Positions 1-12,300 of a DNA stretch of 64,000 bases are shown here, in pieces (the stretch's first letter is position 1; each line of letters opens with the position of its first letter). This stretch comes from Phoronis australis (lineage: Eukaryota; Animalia; Phoronida): positions 749,294-813,293 of the forward strand of contig NMRA01000041.1 of the NCBI GenBank assembly GCA_002633005.1. Direction: 5' to 3'. A program made the position numbers and the translations under genes. The notes below the pieces were generated by a model. It made no database searches. It was not told the DNA's origin and saw nothing but the letters and a program-made list of their open reading frames with translations.

Positions 1-98
1 TGTGGTCACTTGAACTAAGAAGAAGAAGAGCTGAGGGCAGCTGATTTATATCTGAATTGCTGTACACTAATAACCGAGGTAATAATGTTAATTTTCAG

Positions 99-313
99 AA
101 AATAATGTTCCAATGTTCCAAGATGTTAACATCACATTCTCGGTGGAGTTTGGTGCTGTGGCTCAATACTCTGTGGATTTTGGTGATGGACTGAAACTGA
201 CCACACCGGACAACATGACCTCTCACAAGTTTCATGCTTATGGGAACTTGCTTATCCAAGCTGATGTCTTGGACGTGGAGGGCAATTCTAAGGCCAGCTA
301 TACCAACATACAG
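99..313 (+). CDS. PKD1-like exon: PKD repeat
   Basis: ttttcag acceptor, cag|gtac donor; QYSVDFGDG...HKFHAYG. Confidence 0.85.
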
Positions 314-3300
314 GTACAACATTTTTGGAATTAACTTAAATTGTGGAAACATTCAGAAACATTTAGTACAAGTGTTTGGGTGTTTAGGTGAAATGTCAGT
401 AAATTCGTCACCAATTTAGTACACAATATTCTGGTGAAATGTAATTTATTTTGTTATAAAGTTTTCCACAAAAAGGATTCACAAAATTTTAGTCTATTGT
501 TCTGCATGCATGTGAACTGGAGCGTTTGACAAAGTTTCTGTTATTTGCAGCCAGATAATCAGCCTACTAATGGAAAAATGACAAGTACTTTTCACAAAAA
601 TGAATGATTGTCTTACAATTGATTTACTTACTAGCAGTTTGTTGAAATCAAGCAAACTGACAAAAGTTTTAATTAAATGGAAGTGAAACATTAACGATGT
701 CAGTGTAATAAAAAATATCTTTTCAATAGCGATCTGCCATCTTGTTAACTTTGATTACTTTTTTGCTGTGAGTACTGTTTAATATGTACTTTTATTATTG
801 TCTCGACCACAGCCGATTAACTTTCATCGACGCCATTGTAGTTATACTCGCAGTTTTTTGTCTTGTTTAACATTCACCATTCATTGTTTACTGTCTCCTT
901 ATGTTACATGTACCATTGTTAGAATTATTCAAACAAAAATGGAGAAAATGGGCAGCAACTGTTAGTTTGAGAAAATTTCATCTCCAATTTTTTCATGCAA
1001 AATTACCGAGAGATTGCCATAACTGAAGTTTGCTTTTGATCAGTTGTAACAGAATATCATGCATTTTACAGATGGCCATGCCACTGAGCACTGTGAAAGT
1101 GTTAACTGACGCCACGCTTCCTACAGAACGCGTTGTGGTGTTTGACATCTTCGTTGCCACGGGATCTGGTGTCAATTTGACTCTTGACGTTGACGATGGC
1201 ACAGAAATACCGCCATTCCAGTTACCTGGTAAGCTGTGTGTTTAGAGGCAATATGCTGTTGTCAAGTAGTTTACATGTAAATTCTTGTGTCGACAATTAT
1301 TTTAGTGTGTAGTTTGCACAAGCATACATGTCAATCATTTTGCTCTAACCGTAGCAATTTTTGTAAAACTCAAAGCAAACCATAGCACTGATGAGAACTA
1401 GTCAAAATACTGATTGTTCAAATGCCAAAATGCATTACATGCTTGCGGCACAATCTTGTAAATCTTGTTAGTCTGCATTAGCCAGTGAGTGATGAACAAG
1501 AAGGGAAGGTTCAATTGTAAATCAGATTATTTCAGCAAAAAAGATTTGCCAGTATGAGTCAAAATGAAGGTTTGAGTAATTTAGCTATAGAACATAACAA
1601 GTACATGTAATATGTAGCAGTTTAGTGCTATGACTTAGCACTACACAAACAATGAGACACAAATTAGTACATAAGAAATATGTTGTTTGACATGCATGCA
1701 TAAGGTTTCATTTGATGCCTTCTTGAACCTTTATCCAGAACAATTTACCAAATTGGACGTGCAATGCTTGCTCTAAGTGGCAAATGAGTTAAGTCCTGTG
1801 ATGCTGAGTTTCATTGCAGACAACAAGATCGAGTATGTGGGCCCCGAGTGGGGTGTTGAAGATGAGAGCACTCTCACCACACGCAAGACATACCTGATGA
1901 TCAACCACTTGATAAAGAATACTGGACACGTGCTAGGGTGGAAGTATAATGCCAAGACAACTGGCGATATTAAATTCCAGGTGAGATATGACTAGAGCGC
2001 AAATTTACAGGAAGTGACTGATGAATCAAGCGTCGTAAGAGCTACTGCAAATATAGTGAAAGAAATTACAAATAATTTTGAGAAGTTTGTAAACTGGACA
2101 CGCTGTTGAAGATCATTTTTGTCACTTTTGAGTCCTTTTTATTGCATCCTCGTCTCTATCTGTTAAACCATTCAAGGGATCATTATGAAAATTTGAAGAT
2201 GTGTTTCTGATGATAAGGCCACATTTGACGTTAACATTCAGAGGGATGCAACTACTGTGTTGCCCCCTAGTGGCAATTTTGTTTTTTCTGTTTGGATTAT
2301 TCCCCTTAACTTTTGAAGGAGTTTTGGGAAATTTGACAGTTGTTTTCTTGTGGAACTGGCAACGAACATTAATCAGTGTCCAGTTGAACTGGTCCGAATT
2401 CTGGTGTGTTCCCTAGTGGAAAAACATTTTGTTTATGTTTGCCTTTTGTATTTTTGGAGTTCATTAATGTATTTTAATGAAATTCGGCAAATAGGTTTCT
2501 ATAAAGAAGTTTTTGAGCAAATTGTTGACATCTGCCTCTCTCTACGCCTAACTGTTCAAAGGATCATTATGAAATTTGGCAGTTCCTGGTGAGAAAGCAG
2601 CATCTGACTTAGATTTCTGGTTGGATTTGACTACTCTGGCGCCCCCTAGTAACAATTTTGTTGTTTGTGAAAATTGGCAAACAAACTTCTGTTGTGGAGG
2701 TGACAGCACAGATTCATTTTGGGTTGGATTCTTCGTATTCTGCACCATCTGATGGCCATTTGAATTATTTCTGAGTCTGCTTTTTGTTGTCTGGCTCAGT
2801 ATGTGTCAGTCTACTTATAGTATTGTCGTGATGATTGGCAGATGTAATACCACTGACAAGAGCATGACTGACGTATATTTTCAGACAGGTCCAACTACTG
2901 TGGTGACCCCTAGTGACATTTTTTTTGCATCCCCTGCATGATCACAATTTGGCAAGTGTGTTCCAATTAACTTGTGCAGCAGACGGATGGATTCGACTAC
3001 TGCTGTGCCTCATAATAGCATTTGGTTATCTTTGCCTATGTCTCTTTGAAGTTGAGTTCCTTGGCATATATTCAAGAAATTTAGCAAAAGGTTTTGTATT
3101 AGAAAGAGACAATAATACATTTTCAATTTCTGACAGGTTTGACATGTTCTGGCCCATGCAATGGCCATTTTTATGATACTAATAAACAGCCCTAGACTGA
3201 CACGCTCCATTTGCTGTACAGTCGTGGACGCATTATAATGCTGCACATTGCTCTTCTTACCCTCATTAAGTTGATGTCCATGAAAAGTCATGAATTCTCT

Positions 3301-6300
3301 AAAAGAAGTCAAAGTGAGCTAAGTTTTACAAAACTATGTGCGAACTGTGTTCTGTGTTGCAGATCTTCAGACCCACATGTTCTGGCGAGGAACTGTTCTG
3401 TTATCGTTCCTACTCCTGCTACAGTCCTGACACTGGTTTCTGCAACCGGACAACCTCCAACTTTTGGGCGAGACAGTGCTCATCTAAATACAGCTTTTCA
3501 AGCCAGGAGTGTATCACAGAGATGGGCAAGAAAGAGCCTTTCTACTTCACCTCCACTTGGAGCAATCTCCCGCACAAAACGTTCTCATTGGTCGGCGAGA
3601 CTCTGCATACGGTGACAGAAACCGGGCTTGGCTGGGTGACCTTGAACCCAGACCTTTCGAATGCCATTGCAGTGCAGAAAGGAGACGTGTTGGCGGTGTA
3701 TATGACGAGCGCTTCGCTACATTCGACGACAGGCACCTCAGGTTACGTGACGTACTACGGTGATCCCGCGGATCCCTTTACATCTAGTGAGTTCGGTTTG
3801 ATTCTTCTTCCTTATAATGTTTAGTACTAGTTTCTTGTGGATAGTTTTAGGAACAGTTTGTTGCAGTCAGTGTATTTTGTAATATTCATTGTGTAAGGTT
3901 TGAAATTCATTTGAGCCATCCGTATGTGCATGAAAATTAACAAAAAACAATTACTACAGTGTTTAACAATGTCATCTGAATACTTCGACAACAACCACCA
4001 TGCATTTGGGTTATACTGCATTAAACTTCATTCATACCAAATTAGTGCAAAACTGTTCTGTCACATTGTCTTAATAATAACTAACTATTATTACCAGGCC
4101 CGTCTACCAACAGTAAAATGATCCACTTGGAGGCGCTGGTCGTCACCTCGACACGCATGAAGGTGTCACACATGTACTTCGGGGAGGGTTTCTTTGCCAA
4201 CGTCTCCGTCAACATCAGTGATGTATTTGGCAACGTAGCCAGGGACAACATCACGGTTGATGTACAAGAATCCATCAGAAATGTTTCATTGGAGACTGAG
4301 CCAGCAGGTATAGCGTTGTTGGACTTGTCAAATTAAATAATATGACAATAATAGGAAACTTGAAGAAGATTGTCATTGTTTTGCAAAAACGTTATAAATT
4401 AATAATAAAGCCCTGGCTTTTGCCCAAACCTACTTCTAGACTAGTTACTTGAGTGGATGACTTATGTTCCATTCCTAGGTTAAGAATGATGTCTATCTTT
4501 GAGAAGATCTGATAAGCCAAACTCTTTATGTTACTTGTCGTGGGTTAGTTTTGCAAGTCATTGCAGTGTTGCAGTTTTGGGAAAGAGATTTATTGTAATC
4601 TATTTAAATTCGAAGAAAGGATAAAAATGCAATGACGTTTTGAAAGGGAAAATATGCCTGTGAAGAAAGCTGAGGTTTTAACACCAAAACATGGTTCATA
4701 GAAGCCTCAACTGTTAAAACTTGGAATTTGAAAACCACCAGTGCAATAATCAACAATTTCTTTGTAAACAGCACTTTGATCTTGCATTTTGAGAACCATA
4801 AATCACTGAATAACAGGCATCAACCTGCTTCTCAAAATCCCTGACTTCCGTAAATGGTGATGTTGGTGTTTCTTCTATGCAATCAATTGTTGTTGCTGAA
4901 TATTATTAAAAAATCTTTTTAATGTGCAGCTTTTTTGTTTCTGAAACTGATGTGCACTGACATGTCAAGTTCAAGATTGTAATATTACATTTGTCTAGCG
5001 CAAGCGCAACCCTAATTGTTGGTTGGGTACCAAAAGATATAGCACTTAATTCCAAAGTATTACTGTGGTACTACAGCAATGATAATTAGATTGTTAGCAA
5101 CACAGCTTTAATTCACTTGGTAGGATCTTTAGCGTATTATAAAACCTCCGGCTTATAAATTTTTAATTGCAGCCACTACCTTCGTTCCATTTGAGTTTTA
5201 CATTCCTGATCACTATGGCAACAAGGTGTTCTACAACATCACTTTTGGCGACGGCTCGGAGCTGCACACTTCAAGTCGAAACTTTAGTCACAATTACACC
5301 GAAGCTGGTGTTTATGCAGCCACTGTGTTCGCTTACAATGACATCAGCAATATGTCTTATACGGTAAGGCAGGGGTGGGAGGGGACTTGATATGTTTGTC
5401 AGTTTTATTTTAACGATTTCATTGTTTCAGTCAAACCTCATTCTAACTGAGGCCACATGTGGAGCGTATAATTACAATTATGGTGCTCATTTGTATCGCC
5501 TAGGATATTCAAATTGAGGAAAACAATGATGCGCATCACAGTGTAGTTTTTCAAAACTTAAAATTTTGGGAATATTATGGTGAGCTGAATGTGGTCATTA
5601 TATCCTAGGCGACTTGAACAATTTTCTCCAGCCAGTGTAGTAGCTTTGCAATTAAATCAACTTTAAGTGGTTTCATGGTGATTAAATAAGTTATAGTTTC
5701 TTTTCAGTTTACACCATGTAATAATAAATAAAAGTTGAGAACATTGTATCATTACACGGTCTAAACCGAAAAGAAAATTCCACAAACTTTCCAATTTTTT
5801 AAAGAATGTGATGTATTTGCATGCTCCTAACTATACTAATGTATAGCAGGAACTAAACAGCAATGCCATTTTAACATAATCTACGCTAAAAAGTGCAGTT
5901 GTATTCACTGACAGCTTGTAAATGTGAAAACAAAAAATTCTGCAAAGAGGTGACCTTTGCACTAATGACGTACCTTTTGGGCTCACATAGCTAAGCTTGC
6001 ATCATGCAGTGTTATTCCCCAGCACCAAGCCATGATACTTTCTGGGCCATGCGCGCACCCAGGGGAGCTTGGGGTCTCAAACGAGCCCCCCCATTTGGTG
6101 AAGTGGGTAAAAAGGTCCACCTCAAAGAAACAAAACTCCAAAAACGTAGAAAACGAGAAAAAGCCCACTAAAAGGCAGGAACTACCAAAATTTTCCGAAT
6201 GCACAATTCATAGCTCTGAACGTACCCTATGAATAGTAGTAAAAGGTCCACATTCTCAAAAATGCGAGCCCTCCATTTTTGAGGCTAGGTGCACACATGT

Positions 6301-9300
6301 TGATACGGTTTAGTGATTTGCGGCAGATCATTTTTACCACAAAACTCTGTCTTAAAAAAACATTTGGCAATTTTCAACCTTAACTTCGCATTTACAATTT
6401 TACCTAGCAATCACAAAGATAAGGAATTAGCCTGCAAGTTTCACTTAAAGCAATAAAACTCCTATAAGCTGCGTCCAATCAGATTGAGAAATTTATACTT
6501 ATAAATTTGACTGACCTTAGGGGCCGAGTATACAAACAAGAAAAATCGCACCGTGGAACTTTGTCTGAAATGAACAAAAATTTGACTTATGCATGTCTGA
6601 CTTACGTGAGTGCTTATTCAACACCAGCATTCTTCATGAAGTTTAAGCACTTGATTGGATTTCCCTGATTTTTATTTCCTACTTCCCAGATCTGGTTTCC
6701 TGTACAAGATGCAATCTCACCTCTGAACACCAGTGTGATCCCTGACCCAAGCTTCATTGGCACAGTGTTGACGCAATCCACACAACTGTTTGCCTGGATA
6801 GCGAATGGTAAATTTGTTAAAACTGGACATAGTAATTTGTGTTTAATGACAAATTTTAAATCGTAGCAGTTACACATATGCTCGTGTGGCAAGTGGTGCA
6901 TATTGTCAGAAGTAACAAACTTTTAATTAGTTTTCAGTTTAGATCACAGTGGGGCCTGAAGTAGCATTTGGCTTTGTCAAATGTCTCTAGAAAAATAAGA
7001 TTACAGTTATTGGGGGTTTTATGTTATTTTATTGTACCCCAAAAGTGGTAAAAATGTCCAGTATTGGTTACTAGTAGCAATGCCATAAGCACCACCTATT
7101 ATCATTGGGTTGTTTCAGGTACCAATGTGACATTCTCGTTTGACATGGGTGATGGTAACGTCATCTACCTGTATCATGACCAGGACCCTCTCTTGACAGG
7201 AGTCAGTAGTGGCGAGTTTATTCTAAACTCTGCTTGTAAGTCACCAGCCATCTTCTAATAACTGTTGCATTAAAACCAGCATGCTATTTATGTGTGAGGT
7301 CTGTGTTGGGTGAATGGTTAGAAATTCTTTGGTGGAAAGTAGAATTTCATTGTCAAATTTTTGAAACATAATAGATTTATTTATTTAAATTTTACTTTGT
7401 TGTTCTTTTGGTTTGTACTGCACTGTTGTCGACAAATAAAAATTTGCAAACAGATTAGCATGTAGAGCAAACTTGCTAATTTGTCCCAAATTAAAATTGC
7501 CGTTATCTCCAATGCGTAAAACCTGACAGTGTAATGATGTGTTTTGAATGAGAAAAAAATCATTCGTATAAATGGTTGACATTTATAACAACTTCAAATT
7601 AAGTTGTGGCCTTTAGTAAAGTGTTTTCTTCATTGTAGTTGCCTTATTTTTGACAAATGTGGATGAGGTTATATCCAATGTTTTCATAGTGCTAAATTAC
7701 TGCTTAATTGTTGCATACCTTTGGAAAACGTAATATTTGAGTTTGGTGAGATGCGACTTGCCTCAAGGGCCAAGCAAATGGAAGTTGAATGTCTGTGCTG
7801 AAAAATTTTGTCGATTACGTGAAATGAAGGTGCAACATGAGCAATTGTAGTATAACCGTTTGGCAGCATATGACACATGCAACATGATGTACACTTTGCG
7901 TTTTCCAGGTGCGGATCCCTGCACCAACTCGTCCTCCAGCTCTGTGGTCTACACCTACCAGAGCACAGACAACTTCACCGTCAACGTCACTGTGTTCAAC
8001 CTGATCAGCAGCCAGACTGTCATCCTTTACCTGCCTGTTGAGATTCCCATCGTGGGTCTGGAGATCCTACAGCCCCCTCCAATCCCCTACCTCTCAACGT
8101 TAGAGGTTTTTACTACTATGGTGGCGGGGTCTAGGGTCCACTTCACCTCACACTTTGACAGTGCACCGGCACGTGAGTTCAACATGACNTCATGACCAGG
8201 ACCCTCTCTTGACAGGAGTCAGTAGTGGCGAGTTTATTCTAAACTCTGCATGTAAGTCACCAGCCATCTTCTAATAACTGTTGCATTAAAACCAGCATGC
8301 TATTTATGTGTGAGGTCTGTGTTGGGTGAATGGTTAGAAATTCTTTGGTGGAAAGTAGAATTTCATTGTCAAATTTTTGAAACATAATAGATTTATTTGT
8401 TTAAGTTTTACTTTGTTGTTCTTTTGGTTTGTACTGCACTGTTGTTGCCAAATAAAAATTTGCGAACAAATTAGCTTGTAGAGCAAACTTACTAACTTGT
8501 CCCAAATTAAAATTGCCGTTATCTCCAATGCGTAAAACCTGACAGTGTAATGATGTGTTTTGAATGGGAAAAAATGCATTCATATGAATGGTTGACATTT
8601 ATAACAACTTCAAATTAAGTTGTGGCCTTTAGTAAAGTGTTTTCTTCATTGTAGTTGCCTTATTTTTGACAAATGTGGGTGAGGTTATATCCAATGTTTT
8701 CATAGTGCCGAATTACTGCTTAATTGTTGCATACCTTTGGAAAACGTAATATTTGAGTTAGGTGAAATGCGACTTGCCTCAAGGGCCAAGCAAATGGAAG
8801 TTGAATGTCTGTGCTGCAAAATTTTGTCGATTACGTGAAATGAAGGTGCAACATGAGCAATTGTAGTATAACCGTTTGGCAGCATATGACACATGCAACA
8901 TGATGTACACTTTGCATTTTCCAGGTGCGGATCCCTGCACCAACTCGTCCTCCAGCTCTGTGGTCTACACCTACCAGAGCACAGACAACTTCACCGTCAA
9001 CGTCACTGTGTTCAACCTGATCAGCAGCCAGACTGTCATCCTTTACCTGCCTGTTGAGATTCCCATCGTGGGTCTGGAGATCCTACAGCCCCCTCCAATC
9101 CCCTACCTCTCAACGTTAGAGGTTTTTACTACTATGGTGGCGGGGTCTAGGGTCCACTTCACCTCACACTTTGACAGTGCACCGGCACGTGAGTTCAACA
9201 TGACATGGGAAGAGCTGAGTGGGTCAGTTGTTCTCGCTCTCGAAGACTACAAGGTCATAGGGCCTCATGATTTACTGTTGGAGGCGACCAACTTTGTCGA

Positions 9301-12300
9301 GCCACGCTATGCCAACCACTCCGTGGTTGTTTGGGTCGACTATGTCATCACTGCTCCGCAGTACACTGTGAACACATCACACGTTCGACCTGGAGAGGTT
9401 GTCGGTTATAATCTGACGATGACCAATGGGTCACGAATGAATATCTCTGTGGACTATGACGATGGCGTGGTAGACGAGTTCTACATCGAGGAAATGCTGA
9501 CCGGCGACTATTTCCTGTTCTCGCATGCTTTTGACCCAGCTCGATTCTACAATGTCACAATCACCATAATAAATCCAGTCAGCAACGCAACTCTCTCGCA
9601 TTTCGTCACGTGTCAGAATCCTGTCGTTCACATTGACTGGACTACCAACTCACCTGTGTCAGTCTATCCTTGGGGTCTCGGCTTCACGCTCTTCAACTTA
9701 ACGTTTCCCAGTAAGTCCTACTTAGGGGACTTCAATGCGAGTGCCCAAGCCCCACTCAACATGACAGTTTCCAGTGGGGCACCAGAACCACCTCTGCCCC
9801 CAACGGATGCCTTTTATCTGGCAACTTTTGGTGACCCTTCCAACCCAGACTTCAAGATTAACACTCCCTTCTACGTCAACGACACTACCATTGCACAGTA
9901 CAACTACTCATACCCAGAATTCGCCACCTATCCCATCACCATCAATATGTCCAACTTTGTCAGCCACATGTACTTAACTGGCTTGGTCGTGGTTGACCAA
10001 CCCGTACTAGACCTTCAGATAGAGTGCGACCAGCTGCTTGTCACGTTTAACCAGACTCTGATCACCTGCTCTGTGACAATGACGTGGGGCTCCCGGCTGA
10101 ACATCACATGGGACTGGGAAGATGACACAGTGCCAGACGTCACTGCGTATAACCGCAATGGCACCAATATCGTTTCTCATCTGTATGCTAAGGTTGGTGT
10201 CTATCATACGGTGATCACCACAGAGAACTCCGTTGGAACGGTGTACACGAATCTTCCGTCACCTGTCATAGTTCAACACCCCATCGTCAACGAAATGAGG
10301 ATATCTGGCGTCTCTTCTGTCCTCATGGGCAATCCACACTATTGGTCGTTGATTGCGTTTGATATCCAAGTTCCTGTTGGCGTCCCGATACCAACAAACG
10401 CATCATACACGGTAGACTTTAAGGACGGCAACCATCTGCCCGTGACGAGGATTTGGGAGTCTGATCGTGATCCAAGTCGAGACACAGCAGAGTTCCAGCA
10501 CATGGCCACGTTTGTTCACAACTACACATTCGGCGATACTTACAACATTTCCATGAACATTTACAATTTGATGAGCAACAAGACGTTCTACTTTAATTTC
10601 CGCATCTTGGAAGCCATTTATGGTCTGCACAAGAAGGTGTACTCGTTGGATCTGGAGAGTGCAGCACATCAAAATGGCACAGGCATAGGCAACGCCTACT
10701 ATCCTGTCGAGGAAGAGATTCTTCTCATTGCTACACTTAAACGCGCTTCCCACGTCACCTACTTTTGGGACTTTGGAGACGGGCAGACAGCAACGACCTA
10801 TCCGGCCGCCAACATTACGCACAAATACGCCGACCATGGTACATACAAGGTGTGCGTCAATTCGTCCAATCCTCTCACCTTTGCTTACTTCTGCCAGGAC
10901 ATCCACATTCAGCGCAGTGTCGGTGCTGATGCAGCGCTCTGGGCTCCCAGCCCTAGCGCCAGGAACCGTTCAGTAAGCTACTTGATTTTCGTTGGTGCCC
11001 TGCCAGCAACCAAGGCCTGCTATTTCCTGGACTGCAAGGATGAGAACTCGGACAACAACTACATGCATTTCTTTGGTGACATGGTGCAATGCCGGGAGAC
11101 CTACCCAACCAAGTTCAATGTGCAGCCTCGACAGTTCTGGCCTTTGACATTAGAACAGCTCTCAACTGCCAACGTCACCGTCGTGAACACATTTCAGACA
11201 GTAGCCACATTCAACGTGACTCTGCGCATCACGAATCAAGTCGATGACAAGACACTGACATTCCGACAAGGTGTGACGCGAGGCCCGTGCAGCTTTCCGA
11301 AAGTAGACATGGCGAACCCATTGAAATGTGACAGTTCCAACTGTGACAGCCAACAGAATAAGAAACACCTTAAGAGTGAGAAACTCGTTGTCATGCCTAT
11401 TGTGATCATCAATTGCGAGTCGACTCAAATTGCTAATTACACCTGGAAAATGTACAAGGTGGACGAGACTACCAACACTAAGGTTCCGTACGATCCAGGC
11501 TTCCCCCTCACCGGCTCACCTCTACCCAAGCTGGAGTTCCCTGAGCGGATGCTGGACTACGGACTCTACTGCTGGTCGTTAAACGTGTCCATGTGGGGTG
11601 AGAATGGCATCTTCAACAAGCCAGGTCCCCAGTCGGAGGCGTGTGTGCGCATCATTAAGACGGAGCTTGTGCTGACCTACCCAGGAGTTCGCAGGTTGCA
11701 GTGGGGTAAGCATTGTTGTAGATGTACATGTTTATCTTAAAAATTGAGATGGGAACTTAAATGTTTTTCTATATTTACACTCAAAATGCACTGCATGGTG
11801 CAACATACTATTTTGTATATTATGCTCTCCTTCCCTCCCTCCGTCTGTCCCACCCTCCCCCCTCTGTCTCTTTGTCTGTGCCTCCATCTGTCACTTCCTC
11901 CTTCCGTCCCTCCATCTGTCACTTCCTCCCTCCGTCCCTTCATCTGTCACTCCCTCCCTCCATCCCTCCATCTGTCCCTCCCTCCCTTTGTACCTCCCTC
12001 TCTCATTTACTCCCTCCCCACTCAGTCCCTCTTTAGCTTTCATTACCATCTCCAACTAGCACTCCCTGTGCCTCTTTAATGCTCTTTGATGTCAAATTAC
12101 TTATTGTTAAATTAGCTATTGAAATCAAATATAACTACTTTGTACTGCAGGTAAAAACCACACTTTCAACGTGATAGATGAATCCCATGATCCAGACGTT
12201 GGGCTAACAAACAAATCAGGCATCACTTATCGCTATTTTTGCCGACGAGAGTGCGAGACTGAGCCAGTGTATGACGAAAATTTCAACATTATCACACCGA

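Noticed and set aside
7205-7218. GC donor tg|gcgagt for the 7119 exon
   Set aside because: A canonical t|gtaagt donor in the same phase lies at 7236, and the allelic difference between the two sites is synonymous.
9431-11428. Minus-strand and alternate-frame ORFs over the giant exon (also 22728-23171, 28742-29058)
   Set aside because: Shadow ORFs from codon bias of the real + strand exons; no recognisable motifs.
11737-12079. Pro/Ser/Leu-rich ORFs
   Set aside because: Translations of the CT-rich low-complexity tract.
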